A stretch of 32,000 bases of DNA from Candidatus Electrothrix yaqonensis (GCA_047651235.1 CP178758.1:810001-842000), one strand, 5' to 3'; positions 9,416-19,351 are shown, counted from the first letter of the stretch. Numbers and translations: made by a program. The notes: generated from the sequence alone by a model not told the origin.

Positions 9416-11770
9416 ATGATCGATAGCAATTCAAAAATTCTTATTCTCGGTTCCAATGTCAGGATAACCAATCTGCCGGTCAAGGAGGTCAGTCTGCTGC
9501 AGGAGGGAAGTCTGCCTGCCTACGGGTATAATCCCGGCGATAATATTGAGCTGCTGGCCGGACCGGCAAGTGTGGAACATGGGAGACTTGAACAGTGCCT
9601 GACCTGGCTGAATGCCTATCTTGCTGAGTCCGGTCTGACACCCAGGGTCGATACACTGGCCTACGGCACAGAAAAAGAAGTCTATCAGATTTTCAAAAAG
9701 CGGTCCGGCGGCAGGAGGAAGGCTGATGCGGATTACGGCTGGTTTATGGTTAACCAGCTGCTCCCTTCTGCAAAACGCCTAAAAAAATCTCCCCCTTTTG
9801 TCCTTGCTGAGCATGAGTGTTCTGTTGTGGGCAACAATACGGGCATGGTCCTGATTGATGATTCAGGCATCCCGCCACGGGTCTGCGACGATATGCTGGC
9901 CCTGAATCCGGATATGTGGTGCATTGCTATGGGGATATCCGTGGCTCACTGGCAGGAGTGGGCCCAACGCCTCGGCAAGCGCTTCACCCTGTTCTGCCGT
10001 CTTTCTGATCTGGAAACCACCCGGATGGAGATGGATTCCGCTGTCACCTGGGAAAGTATTGTGGCCATGTGCCTGCGGGCTCTGCGGACCAGCGAGGTGG
10101 GGCTCTGGGATCCGGAAAGCAATCGTTTTCTCTGTCATATTGTCGTGGAGATGTTCCCCCATGCCATCCTCTACGTCGGGCCGGACGGTACCTTTTTCCG
10201 ATACCGCAAAGGAATGCTGCCGAAAAAAAGTCCGTCGGGTCAGCGCGGTTCCGTGCCCTGCTACGACACTATGGTCACTGCCATGCTGACCATGAATGTT
10301 TTCCGCTTCAACTGCCTTGATTTCTGCCGGAACTGCTTTTTTGCCTTTTCCAACCAGGTTCTGGTCAACTGGAAAGTGCTGCATGAGCATGGCTACCATT
10401 TTAACGGTCAGCTGCAGCTGCCCAAGCTGGACTTCAGTTCCGTGTGTCCGGCTGATTGGCCCTGTTCGGCCACTGAAACACCCGGAGGGCGACCAAAACA
10501 GCGACTTGCCGGACTGCAGCGTGCCACAGTCTGTGAAGAGGACTGCCCCTGTGTTTCCTCCGATGAAATTACCCATGATCCGAATTTTATCGAGCTGCCG
10601 GACTTTTCCGTTGATTTTTCCAGAACCTTGGATCTGGTGGCCTCCCAGTCCTGGGATGAGGAAAAGAAAAAGGCCCTGCGCTCTTTTTTTCACCGGAGAT
10701 ATGCGCCGTACTATCCGCTGAAAAAGGATATTGCCCGACCTTCCGGCTGTATAGAGACGATTGTTTCTGTCCTCCATTATCTTAAGGAAGAGGTGAACCG
10801 GGGCACCGGGTTTGAGCAGCTGCCCATGTTTCAGATCGGTCATCTCCGCACCACGGACCCGGCCGAGATTGATCCGGTGATCACCCTGCATCAGGTCATG
10901 GATTCCTATGTCTCCAAGGATGCCGTTCTGCGGCCCCTGTGTATCGGCGTCTTCGGCCCGCCCGGTTCCGGAAAATCCTTTGCAGTCAAGCAGGTGGCCA
11001 CTGAGATCGCCCGGCATTACCGGGACGACCCCTTTGACTTTTTTGAGTTTAATCTGACCCAGTTTGCCAGTCCGGAGGAGATCAATTCGGCTATTGATCC
11101 GGTCAGGGCTTCGGTTGCCCAGGGCAGGCTGCCCATTGCCTTCTGGGACGAGTTCGACTGCCGGTACAACGGGGATGAATTCGGCTATCTCCGTTTTTTC
11201 CTACCCTCCATGCAGGACGGCGTCACCTATGTGCAGGGTATTCCCTACCATATAGGCCGGGCCATCTTTGTCTTTGCCGGCGGGGTCAAGGCAAGCTGGG
11301 AAGGTATGGAAAAACTGCTCTCGTCCGGCAATCTGAAAGGGGTGCAGCAGGTCCGTACCCTGAAAATACCGGACTTCATGAGCCGGCTGCGGGTGGTCCT
11401 GGATATTGACGGCATTGAGATACCGGAACACCTGCTCAAGGATTCCGCCTCCAGCGAAGAGCTGGAAGAGCTGCGCCGTATCCTCCATAAACGCTCCCTG
11501 ATCATTGCCCATCAGATGCAGACCCACTGGAAAAAGGCGGCCCGGAAGAGTTCCGGTCTGCTGCTCCGGCTCCTGCTTGCAGAGTACAAATTCGGGGCCC
11601 GCTCCATTGAGGCCGTGATCGAAGCCAGCCGGGCGGCTGATCGGCTGGTGTACGGCCTTCCGGAACTGATCGCACCGTCCGCTGCCCGTATCCACGCTAA
11701 CTGGCGGGTGGAGCTGGAGCGAAAAATTGACCGGGTCCGCAAGTCAACCGGGTTACGGGCTATCTGGTAA
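9416..11770 (+). CDS. AAA+ ATPase with a large uncharacterised N-terminal region
   Basis: 784-aa ORF. Walker A 'GPPGSGKS' and Walker B-like 'IAFWDEFD' sit in the C-terminal half. The N-terminal ~500 aa has no motif I recognise and includes Cys-rich stretches ('CLDFCRNCFF', 'VCEEDCPCV'). Confidence 0.8.
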   Translation: MIDSNSKILILGSNVRITNLPVKEVSLLQEGSLPAYGYNPGDNIELLAGPASVEHGRLEQCLTWLNAYLAESGLTPRVDTLAYGTEKEVYQIFKKRSGGRRKADADYGWFMVNQLLPSAKRLKKSPPFVLAEHECSVVGNNTGMVLIDDSGIPPRVCDDMLALNPDMWCIAMGISVAHWQEWAQRLGKRFTLFCRLSDLETTRMEMDSAVTWESIVAMCLRALRTSEVGLWDPESNRFLCHIVVEMFPHAILYVGPDGTFFRYRKGMLPKKSPSGQRGSVPCYDTMVTAMLTMNVFRFNCLDFCRNCFFAFSNQVLVNWKVLHEHGYHFNGQLQLPKLDFSSVCPADWPCSATETPGGRPKQRLAGLQRATVCEEDCPCVSSDEITHDPNFIELPDFSVDFSRTLDLVASQSWDEEKKKALRSFFHRRYAPYYPLKKDIARPSGCIETIVSVLHYLKEEVNRGTGFEQLPMFQIGHLRTTDPAEIDPVITLHQVMDSYVSKDAVLRPLCIGVFGPPGSGKSFAVKQVATEIARHYRDDPFDFFEFNLTQFASPEEINSAIDPVRASVAQGRLPIAFWDEFDCRYNGDEFGYLRFFLPSMQDGVTYVQGIPYHIGRAIFVFAGGVKASWEGMEKLLSSGNLKGVQQVRTLKIPDFMSRLRVVLDIDGIEIPEHLLKDSASSEELEELRRILHKRSLIIAHQMQTHWKKAARKSSGLLLRLLLAEYKFGARSIEAVIEASRAADRLVYGLPELIAPSAARIHANWRVELERKIDRVRKSTGLRAIW

Positions 11771-11771
11771 T

Positions 11772-11794
11772 CCGGGACCCTGCCCGGTGCTTTT
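11772..11794 (+). terminator. Weak terminator-like hairpin after the AAA+ gene
   Basis: CCGGG-ACCCTG-CCCGG, then TGC and TTTT. The stem is only 5 bp. Confidence 0.35.
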
Positions 11795-11991
11795 CTCTTG
11801 ATTTCTTCTTGCACTGTATCAAAGGAATTTGTTACCTTCCCGCTGTCTGAGTTCTCCTGCAGCATTCCGGGCTGAGCAGATTTTATCGATTGCCGGAGGA
11901 TTGCTGAAGAAGTCATCTCGCTGTCAGTGCCGATCCTCTGACCGAAAAGAGGCAGAGGTCGTTCCTCCTTTACTTATCACCAGAAAGAACT

Positions 11992-13089
11992 ATGGGTTTT
12001 CAGTGCGGTATTGTCGGTCTGCCCAATGTGGGCAAATCCACTATTTTTAATGCGTTGACCGCTGCGGCAATTGAAGCGGAAAATTATCCCTTCTGCACCA
12101 TCGAACCCAATGTGGGGGTGGTGCCGGTGCCGGACAAGCGGCTTGATCTGCTGGCGGACCTGGCAAAAACCCGCAGCAAGGTGCCCACCCAGATGGAATT
12201 TGTCGATATTGCCGGACTGGTCAAAGGGGCCTGTCAGGGCGAGGGGCTGGGCAATCAGTTTCTCGGCCATATCCGGCAGGTGGACGCCATCCTCCATGTT
12301 GTCCGCTGTTTTGAGGACGACAATATCGTCCATGTGGACGGCTCCATTGACCCGATCCGGGATCTGGAAGTGATCACTATGGAACTGGTGATGGCTGATC
12401 TGGAAACCGTGGGCAAGCGCCTGAAAAAGGCTGCAAGTCAGGCAAAATCAGGGGACAAGAAATTCATTGCTGAAGCCACTTTTCTGGAGCAGCTGCAGGG
12501 GGTGCTGGATGAGGGCAGACCGGCTAGGATGCTGGAGTCGGAGAATAACCAGCAGCGGGAAATCCTGCGGGAACTCTGTCTGCTCACCACCAAGCCGGTC
12601 CTCTATGTGGCCAATGTCAGTGAGGAAGATATTGCCCAAGGTAATGATTTTGTTGATCTTCTGAAGGAGGTCGCAGCCCAGGAGGGCGCCTCCTTGGTTA
12701 TGATTGCCGGGGCCATTGAGCAGGAACTCAGCCTGTTAGATGCGGAAGAGCAGCAGGAATTTCTTACCGACATGGGCATGGAGGAACCGGGCCTGCACCG
12801 CCTGATTCATGCCGGGTACGACCTGCTTGGGCTGATCACCTATTTCACCGTCGGCGAAAAGGAAACTAGGGCCTGGACCATCACCAGGGGGACAACCGCT
12901 CCCGGGGCAGCCGGAAAGATTCATACGGATTTTCAGCGCGGCTTTATCCGGGCCGAGGTCATTGCCTACGAAGACTACATCGCCTGCGGTTCCGAGGCCG
13001 CAGCCCGTGACAAGGGGCTGATGCGGTCAGAAGGGAAAGAATATGTGGTCAAGGACGGGGACTGTATCCTGTTCCGGTTTAATGTGTAA
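11992..13089 (+). CDS. ychF: Ribosome-binding/redox-regulated ATPase YchF
   Basis: 365 aa. G1 motif 'GIVGLPNVGKSTIFNALT' and a conserved C-terminal 'DFQRGFIRAEV' region. Confidence 0.95.
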   Translation: MGFQCGIVGLPNVGKSTIFNALTAAAIEAENYPFCTIEPNVGVVPVPDKRLDLLADLAKTRSKVPTQMEFVDIAGLVKGACQGEGLGNQFLGHIRQVDAILHVVRCFEDDNIVHVDGSIDPIRDLEVITMELVMADLETVGKRLKKAASQAKSGDKKFIAEATFLEQLQGVLDEGRPARMLESENNQQREILRELCLLTTKPVLYVANVSEEDIAQGNDFVDLLKEVAAQEGASLVMIAGAIEQELSLLDAEEQQEFLTDMGMEEPGLHRLIHAGYDLLGLITYFTVGEKETRAWTITRGTTAPGAAGKIHTDFQRGFIRAEVIAYEDYIACGSEAAARDKGLMRSEGKEYVVKDGDCILFRFNV

Positions 13090-13160
13090 AGTCGTGAAAG
13101 TATCAAGCCCCGCATGATGCAGGGCTGTGACGAAACTTCTTCGTACCCGTTCAGGGACGA

Positions 13161-14573
13161 TCAGTTATCCTTCCTGTACTTAGTCCAGGTACCGCTGCCG
13201 CTGTCAATCTGGGTCCAATCGCCGGTATTGGTGTAGTTTGTATCACCGATCTCAAAACTCACCGTCATGTTTCCAGGGAGGAGATTATCCAGAGCTTCTC
13301 CGTCAAAATCCACATATCTGATTTTAACGGTACAGATTTCCTTGCTGAAGATACACCGCACCATATTGCCTTCGTCATCACTGTAGATCATCCGGTTGCC
13401 TGCCGCATCAAAACCGGTTCCCGTGAAGCTGTATCCCGGAAACTCGAAGCTCAGGGGAGTTCCGGCTGCTGCGGCATCCTTGGCTACCGTTTCAATATCC
13501 GTCACTCCTGTCATTCTAAACGAGGCAACATCTCTGTGGTCCGCCATAGGTTTGTCAATAATCAGGCCGGTGGCATCGACATTTATGACAGATGATGGGG
13601 GATGCATAGCGAGATCTTGCAGTATCGTGGATTCTTCAAGCAGGCTGCCTATACGAACACCAAAATTTGAGCCACCGGTAACGCTGCATCCACCATTAGT
13701 ATGAACGCCGACGATTTTTCCGCTAGGCGAATGCCAAAGAGCGGAACCTGAATTTCCACCCAATGTGTCAATGTCATTATAACGGATTCTATCTTCCTCG
13801 AAAGAAGTCACTGGACCTGCCTCAATCCGTTTTGGCTCACCAGCAGGGTGGCCGATGATAGCGATCATGTCGCCTACTTCAGCATCTTCTTGAGCTAAAA
13901 TTCCGATTCCGAAAATCTCACCGGGCGAATCTGCCAAGCGTACGATGGAAAAATCTAAGTCGCCAAGACGATACTCCACCAACTCATCAATATCATATTT
14001 AATTTCTTGTCGAAGGTTGTCGTCCTGATCAACTTGATAGTTGAAATTGACGTGCATATTGGTAGCAATTTCCTCCGGCGAAATCACATCATCCGTGCCA
14101 TCGATTTTTGGTCTTTGCCAACCTCCTCCAGACTGATCAAAACAGTGACCGGCCGTTAAAAATAAATCGGCACTGATCAGCGTTCCTGTGCACCATCTTA
14201 CACCAGAAATATTCCCCGGCTCATCATAGAGATCGCTCAGATTGTCATTCCATTGAATCTGCCCGACTTTCTGTTCATGCGTATCAACAAATTGTTTTGT
14301 TACGCCAAGAGTACCATCGTACTGTTCCACCGGTTGCGAATCGTCAGTTGCTCCACATATCGTCCTCAAAAGAGCATCATATGGGTCGTCCGAACCGATA
14401 AAATCCGGTGTACTTCTTAGCGTCATGTTATATTCATTGGGCATCGGGGGATACATTCCGGTTGCATCAAATGAAATTGTATCACCTAATGACTGACCAG
14501 CTAATCCGAGCAGCAGCAGAATACTGACAGCCGAGTATATAGCTGGTTTATTAAGCAACTTCCTCATTTTCAC
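13161..14573 (-). CDS. Secreted trypsin-fold serine protease with an extra C-terminal domain
   Basis: 470 aa with an N-terminal signal peptide. Catalytic contexts are 'LTAGHCF' (His), 'DFSIVRL' (Asp) and 'GGNSGSALW' (Ser). An unassigned C-terminal region of about 140 aa follows. Confidence 0.8.
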   Translation of the reverse strand: MKMRKLLNKPAIYSAVSILLLLGLAGQSLGDTISFDATGMYPPMPNEYNMTLRSTPDFIGSDDPYDALLRTICGATDDSQPVEQYDGTLGVTKQFVDTHEQKVGQIQWNDNLSDLYDEPGNISGVRWCTGTLISADLFLTAGHCFDQSGGGWQRPKIDGTDDVISPEEIATNMHVNFNYQVDQDDNLRQEIKYDIDELVEYRLGDLDFSIVRLADSPGEIFGIGILAQEDAEVGDMIAIIGHPAGEPKRIEAGPVTSFEEDRIRYNDIDTLGGNSGSALWHSPSGKIVGVHTNGGCSVTGGSNFGVRIGSLLEESTILQDLAMHPPSSVINVDATGLIIDKPMADHRDVASFRMTGVTDIETVAKDAAAAGTPLSFEFPGYSFTGTGFDAAGNRMIYSDDEGNMVRCIFSKEICTVKIRYVDFDGEALDNLLPGNMTVSFEIGDTNYTNTGDWTQIDSGSGTWTKYRKDN

Positions 14574-14850
14574 TCCTCCTTTTCGTAAAGGTTAACCTGT
14601 CTCTAAAAACAGGTTCTTGTTTCTCTCTATACATTCTTATTTTCCGCAAGAATTTTTTCAACTCTAACCTGTTGAATAATCGTGAATAATTATCAATCCC
14701 GAAGCGGATGAACATCATCGTCCCGCCCTGAATCGCTGCCTCAGCCCGCCTTTGGGCAGGATACAGAGTGGTATATTTTCCCCTCGCCCTGCAAAAATTT
14801 CCCTTTTTCCTCTTCATAAAAAAAATATCCTGTCCGCGCACCCCCTCTTA

Positions 14851-15743
14851 GAGCCTGTTTAAAAACTATTTGAAGCTTTACTGCTGAAGCGCTTCATACC
14901 ATAATTTCCTTTTCAACGGCAACAAACAACGAAAGGGAAAACAACATGGTACGAGCTGGCTACAGCACAGATCTTACTGACAGACAATTTGAAATTATTC
15001 AGAAATATCTTCCGTTGCCTTCGAAGATGGGCAGACCGCGACTTTATGCTCTCAGGGAGATTCTCAATGCCATCTTTGCCATCTTTTATCTGGTTCACAC
15101 CGGGTGTCAATGGCGGGAGCTTCCGCATGATTTTCCGAAATGGGCCAGTGTTTACTCTTATTTCCGTAAATGGAAACAGGATGAAACCTGGTTCCTTATA
15201 AAGCAGGCAGTCCACACGGATTTGCGACAGGACCAGGGAAAAAACGCTGAGCCTTCTGCCGTCATGATTGACAGTCAATCCGTCAAAGCTTCGCAGATGG
15301 CCGAGACCCGGGGGGTTGACGGCAACAAGAAAGTGAAAGGGCGAAAACGCCACATGGTTACGGATACCCTTGGTTTCCCGCTGATCGTTAAAGTTCATGA
15401 CGCCAATCTGTCGGATGGAAAACAGTCTGTTTCTATCTTTCAGACTCTTTTTTTGTGGTTTGCTTCCATTAAACTGGTCTGGGCCGCCGCTTACCGAGGT
15501 GATCTGGCCGACTATTTATGGTGCGCCTTTCAATGCCGGCTGGAAATCGCTCCCACTTTGAAAAGCAAAGGGTTTCAAGTAGTGCCGAAACGTTGGATCA
15601 TTGAAAGAACTTTCGGCTGGTTTCAATGGGACCGAAGATTGATGATTGACTATGAACGACAGGCGCAATTAGCTGAAACCATGGTCTATATAGCATCAAT
15701 CAGGAAAATGCTGAATCGATATAAATAGTTTTTAAACAGGCTC
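14851..15743 (+). mobile_element. Intact IS5-family insertion sequence (IS1031-group-like: GAG ends, 3-bp target duplication)
   Basis: 893 bp. Perfect 20-bp terminal inverted repeats GAGCCTGTTTAAAAACTATT at 14851-14870 and, as reverse complement, 15724-15743. Flanked by the direct repeat TTA (14848-14850 and 15744-15746). Carries one transposase ORF. Confidence 0.9.
14946..15728 (+). CDS. IS5-family DDE transposase
   Basis: 260 aa. The N-terminal 'LTDRQFEIIQKYLP...HTGCQWRELPHDFPKW' (DUF4096-type) region plus a DDE region are typical of the IS5 family. The stop codon lies inside the right inverted repeat. Confidence 0.9.
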   Translation: MVRAGYSTDLTDRQFEIIQKYLPLPSKMGRPRLYALREILNAIFAIFYLVHTGCQWRELPHDFPKWASVYSYFRKWKQDETWFLIKQAVHTDLRQDQGKNAEPSAVMIDSQSVKASQMAETRGVDGNKKVKGRKRHMVTDTLGFPLIVKVHDANLSDGKQSVSIFQTLFLWFASIKLVWAAAYRGDLADYLWCAFQCRLEIAPTLKSKGFQVVPKRWIIERTFGWFQWDRRLMIDYERQAQLAETMVYIASIRKMLNRYK

Positions 15744-15899
15744 TTAGGAACCTGTGGAAAAAAAGTGAAAACAACAGTACATTACTGCTGAACAGCAATA
15801 ACGTATCGACCGGAAAAAAACAAGGGAATTAACAGGCTTGATTCCTGCTTAAATAGAGGACGGGGCAGCGGGACGCAGCGGTTTACACGTCAAACAAGG

Positions 15900-16478
15900 A
15901 TGGGAAAGATGTGGTATATTATACTGTTCGCAGCTGTCGGCTCCTGGTTTGCCGGGGCCAAAGGATTGGTTGCCGGAGCCTTTCTGGGGTTTGCCTATCA
16001 CAGGATACAGGAGGCGTTCAGCGCTATAGAACGATTAAACGATCGATTAAACCGCTCAGTAGATGCTCTGCAGAAAAAGCTCGCCTCAATCCCGGACCAA
16101 TCAAAGGGGAACCGGTCTGAAAAACCGGAACATGCTGAGAAGGAAATTCCGTCTCCGCCGCAGACCGCAGAGGAACACGTACCGGAACAGGAAAGTGTTC
16201 CTTCATCAACACCTCTGCCTGAAGAACCTGTGCCGTCCTCGCCCCCGCTTCCGGCCGCTCCGGTGCTGCAGACCGCTGACGGTATCTATATAGATACGGA
16301 CAATTTTTTCAGGAATCTCGCCAAACAGCTCCACAAAACCAGCACTGTGGTGCAGACCGGCATCGTAGTGCTGCTGTTCGGGCTTGTTTTTCTGGTCAGA
16401 TATGCGGCCAGAAATCAGCAATTCACCGTCGAAACAGCTCTGATGGCGACAATAGCGGTCGGCATACGTGAGCGATAG
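15900..16478 (+). CDS. DUF2339-like membrane protein, N-terminal fragment only (probably truncated)
   Basis: 192 aa: an N-terminal TM helix, a coiled coil, a Pro-rich linker, then 'GIVVLLFGLVFLVRYAA', which resembles the first helix of the DUF2339 multi-TM body. The ORF stops there, whereas family members as I recall them are several hundred aa longer. Confidence 0.5.
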   Translation: MGKMWYIILFAAVGSWFAGAKGLVAGAFLGFAYHRIQEAFSAIERLNDRLNRSVDALQKKLASIPDQSKGNRSEKPEHAEKEIPSPPQTAEEHVPEQESVPSSTPLPEEPVPSSPPLPAAPVLQTADGIYIDTDNFFRNLAKQLHKTSTVVQTGIVVLLFGLVFLVRYAARNQQFTVETALMATIAVGIRER

Positions 16479-16522
16479 ATAGGTCTGCCATAGAGGAGAT
16501 AAAAGATCGGCCTTTCCCTCCC

Positions 16523-16551
16523 TTGACAGAGGATTTCTCCATACTTATTGT
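16523..16551 (+). promoter_or_regulatory. Promoter candidate upstream of grpE (TTGACA-N17-TATTGT)
   Basis: Consensus -35 at 16523-16528 and -10-like TATTGT at 16546-16551. The 'CCCTTGAC' context is also loosely sigma32-like. Confidence 0.4.
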
Positions 16552-16649
16552 TGCCCCCAGAATTGAATTGATTGTTCCGGATGCATGCCGTTTTTTGCGC
16601 AATGCTGTTCGGTTAAGCGGATTGACCACTCAACATATGGAGATCATAC

Positions 16650-17291
16650 GTGAGCGAAGAACATATAATTGAAGAAGAAAAACTGGATGATGAGCAGCAG
16701 AACGGGGAGAGTGCGGAGCAGGTTTCCCCGGAGGCTTCAGGAGAGGCAGGAACAGCCGAAGAGGCTGCTGCGGAAAACGGAGCGGAAGAAGAGCAGGGGC
16801 CGGACATCAAGGCCCTGCAGCAGGAGCTTGAGGAGACCCGGAACAAGATGCTGCGGATTGCCGCTGATGCGGAGAACTTCAAAAAACGGATGGAGCGGGA
16901 AAAGGAGAAGCTGGTCAAATATGCCGGTGAAAACATTCTGCGTGAGCTGCTGGTCACCGTGGACAATCTGGACCGTGCTCTGGAGCAGGGCGGTGCGGAA
17001 GGCGGTGACCCGGAGCAGAAACTGGAAGCCCTGTTGTCCGGAGTGGAGCTGACCAGAAAGGGACTGCACACCATGCTGGAGCGCTTTGACGTCAGTCCGC
17101 TTGACTCTGCGGGCAAGGCATTTAATCCGGATGAAATGGATGCCCTGACTATGGAAGCCAGCGACGAGATCCCGGTCAATCATGTGGTAACCGAGTTCGC
17201 CAAAGGGTATGTATTCAAGGACAGGGTGCTGCGTCATGCCCAGGTGGTGGTATCCAGCGGCCCGGGTAAAGAGGAAGCACAGGCAGAATAA
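16650..17291 (+). CDS. grpE: Nucleotide exchange factor GrpE
   Basis: 213 aa. GTG start preceded by GGAGA. Acidic N-terminus, 'RIAADAENFKKRMEREKE' and C-terminal 'GYVFKDRVLRHAQVVV'. Confidence 0.95.
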   Translation: MSEEHIIEEEKLDDEQQNGESAEQVSPEASGEAGTAEEAAAENGAEEEQGPDIKALQQELEETRNKMLRIAADAENFKKRMEREKEKLVKYAGENILRELLVTVDNLDRALEQGGAEGGDPEQKLEALLSGVELTRKGLHTMLERFDVSPLDSAGKAFNPDEMDALTMEASDEIPVNHVVTEFAKGYVFKDRVLRHAQVVVSSGPGKEEAQAE

Positions 17292-17425
17292 TCCTGTTGA
17301 GGGAATAACTTCCTTGACATTTTTTTTTTGATGCACATTGTAAAGAAAGAACGAACAATACCGGCTGCAGACGCGGCGGCCTGCAGGTTGGTTAGACGAA
17401 TATACTGAACCAAGGAGAATAAGTA

Positions 17426-19351
17426 ATGGGCAAAATAATAGGTATCGATCTCGGCACCACCAATTCTTGTGTGGCCATCATGGACGGTGGTGATCCCAAG
17501 GTCATTGAAAACAGCGAAGGCAACCGGACAACGCCGTCCATTGTCGCCTTTTCCGACAGCGGGGAGCGCCTGGTCGGGCAGGTGGCCAAACGTCAGGCCG
17601 TAACCAATCCCACCAAGACGCTGTTCGCCATCAAGCGACTGATCGGGCGGAAGTTCACTGATCCTGAGGTCGAAAAATCCATTGAACTCAGCCCGTTTAA
17701 AATAGTGAAAGGCCCGAACGGTGACGCAGTGGTTGAGGTGGACGGCAAAACCTATTCTGCTGCCGAGATCTCCGCTATGACCTTGGGCAAGATGAAAAAG
17801 ACTGCTGAAGAGTACCTAGGGGAAAGCATCACTGAGGCTGTGGTCACGGTACCGGCCTATTTTAATGATGCCCAGCGCCAAGCCACCAAGGACGCCGGTA
17901 AGATTGCCGGACTGAACGTGCAGCGCATCATCAACGAGCCTACGGCGGCTTCTTTGGCCTACGGGCTGGACAAGAAGGGTGAAGAAAAGATCGCGGTGTT
18001 CGACTTGGGCGGCGGTACCTTTGACGTCTCCATTCTGGAGATCGGCGACGGCGTGTTTGAGGTCAAGTCTACCAACGGCGACACCTTTCTGGGTGGCGAA
18101 GATTTTGATATGCGCATCGTCAACTGGCTGGCTGATGAATTCAAGCGGGATCAGGGCGTGGATCTGCGCAACGATAAAATGGCCCTGCAGCGCCTCAAGG
18201 AAGAGGCGGAAAAGGCCAAGAAGGAGCTCTCCTCCTCTATGGAGACAGACATCAACCTTCCCTTTATCACGGCGGATGCCACCGGTCCCAAGCATCTGAA
18301 CATCAAGCTGTCCAGAGCCAAACTGGAAGCTCTGGTCGCGGATCTGATCGACCGCTGCGCAGGCCCCTGCCAGACCGCACTCAAGGATGCCGGACTGGGT
18401 GCTTCAGACATTGACGAGGTCATTCTGGTGGGCGGTATGACCAGGATGCCCAAGGTGCAGGAAAAAGTAAAACAGATCTTCGGCAAAGATCCGCACAAAG
18501 GTGTCAATCCGGACGAGGTGGTGGCCATCGGTGCGGCCATCCAGGGTGGTGTGCTCAAGGGCGATGTAAAAGATGTGCTGCTGCTGGATGTTACCCCTCT
18601 GTCTCTGGGTATTGAAACCTTGGGCGGAGTCATGACCAAGCTGATCGAGAAGAACACCACGGTGCCGACCAAGAAGAGTCAGGTTTTCTCCACTGCAGCG
18701 GATAACCAGCCAGCCGTGTCCATCCATGTGCTTCAGGGTGAGCGGGAGATGGCAGGGGACAACAAGACCATCGGTCGTTTTGATCTGGCCGATATTCCGC
18801 CTGCACCGCGCGGCGTACCGCAGATCGAAGTCACTTTTGACCTGGACGCCAACGGCATCCTCCATGTCTCTGCCAAGGATATGAGCACGGGCAAGGAACA
18901 GTCCATCCGCATCACCGCCTCTTCCGGCCTGAGCGAGGAAGAGATTGAACGGATGCAGAAGGATGCGGAACTGCACGCAGACGAAGACAAGAAGCGTAAA
19001 GAGCTGGTTGAAGCCAGGAATAATGCCGACTCTATGGTCCATATGACCGAAAAGAGCCTGAGCGATCTGGGCGACAAAGTCGATGCCGAGACCAAGGCCA
19101 ATGTGGAGCGGGAAATCGAAAATGTGAAAAAGGTCAAAGACGGGGATGACCTTGAAGCCATTAAGCAGGCCACGGAAGCCCTGACCCAGGCTTCCCATAA
19201 GCTGGCCGAGCTCATGTATGCTCAGGCTTCACAGAATCAGGGCGGCGACGCAGGTGCGGCAGGCGGAACTGCAGGTTCCGGTGATGCCGGCAAGGCGTCA
19301 AGCAACGATGATGACGATGTTGTGGATGCGGATTTTGAGGAAGTGAAGTAG
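17426..19351 (+). CDS. dnaK: Molecular chaperone DnaK (HSP70)
   Basis: 641 aa with '[12 protein letters not shown]' and 'DLGGGTFD' signatures. AAGGAG RBS. Confidence 0.98.
   Translation: MGKIIGIDLGTTNSCVAIMDGGDPKVIENSEGNRTTPSIVAFSDSGERLVGQVAKRQAVTNPTKTLFAIKRLIGRKFTDPEVEKSIELSPFKIVKGPNGDAVVEVDGKTYSAAEISAMTLGKMKKTAEEYLGESITEAVVTVPAYFNDAQRQATKDAGKIAGLNVQRIINEPTAASLAYGLDKKGEEKIAVFDLGGGTFDVSILEIGDGVFEVKSTNGDTFLGGEDFDMRIVNWLADEFKRDQGVDLRNDKMALQRLKEEAEKAKKELSSSMETDINLPFITADATGPKHLNIKLSRAKLEALVADLIDRCAGPCQTALKDAGLGASDIDEVILVGGMTRMPKVQEKVKQIFGKDPHKGVNPDEVVAIGAAIQGGVLKGDVKDVLLLDVTPLSLGIETLGGVMTKLIEKNTTVPTKKSQVFSTAADNQPAVSIHVLQGEREMAGDNKTIGRFDLADIPPAPRGVPQIEVTFDLDANGILHVSAKDMSTGKEQSIRITASSGLSEEEIERMQKDAELHADEDKKRKELVEARNNADSMVHMTEKSLSDLGDKVDAETKANVEREIENVKKVKDGDDLEAIKQATEALTQASHKLAELMYAQASQNQGGDAGAAGGTAGSGDAGKASSNDDDDVVDADFEEVK

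Noticed and set aside
9863-11017. Long antisense ORFs opposite real genes (9863..11017, 16613..17179, 16737..17336, 18404..19198, 23656..24690, 29099..29911, 29987..31153, 738..1325, 6046..6612 and others)
   Set aside because: Each lies opposite a gene with unambiguous family motifs and has low-complexity or Arg/Gly/Pro-rich composition typical of antisense frames. None is called.
14594-14615. Palindrome AACCTGT-N8-ACAGGTT as a solo IS end or excision footprint
   Set aside because: It shares only about 8-9 nt of loose similarity with the IS terminal repeat. It is more simply a 5' UTR hairpin of the protease gene.
16480-17425. CIRCE (HrcA) operator upstream of grpE or dnaK
   Set aside because: No TTAGCACTC-N9-GAGTGCTAA-like inverted repeat is present. 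Only sigma70/sigma32-like -35 elements (CCTTGAC) and a CTGCAG-N10-CTGCAG hairpin (about 17365-17386) were seen.
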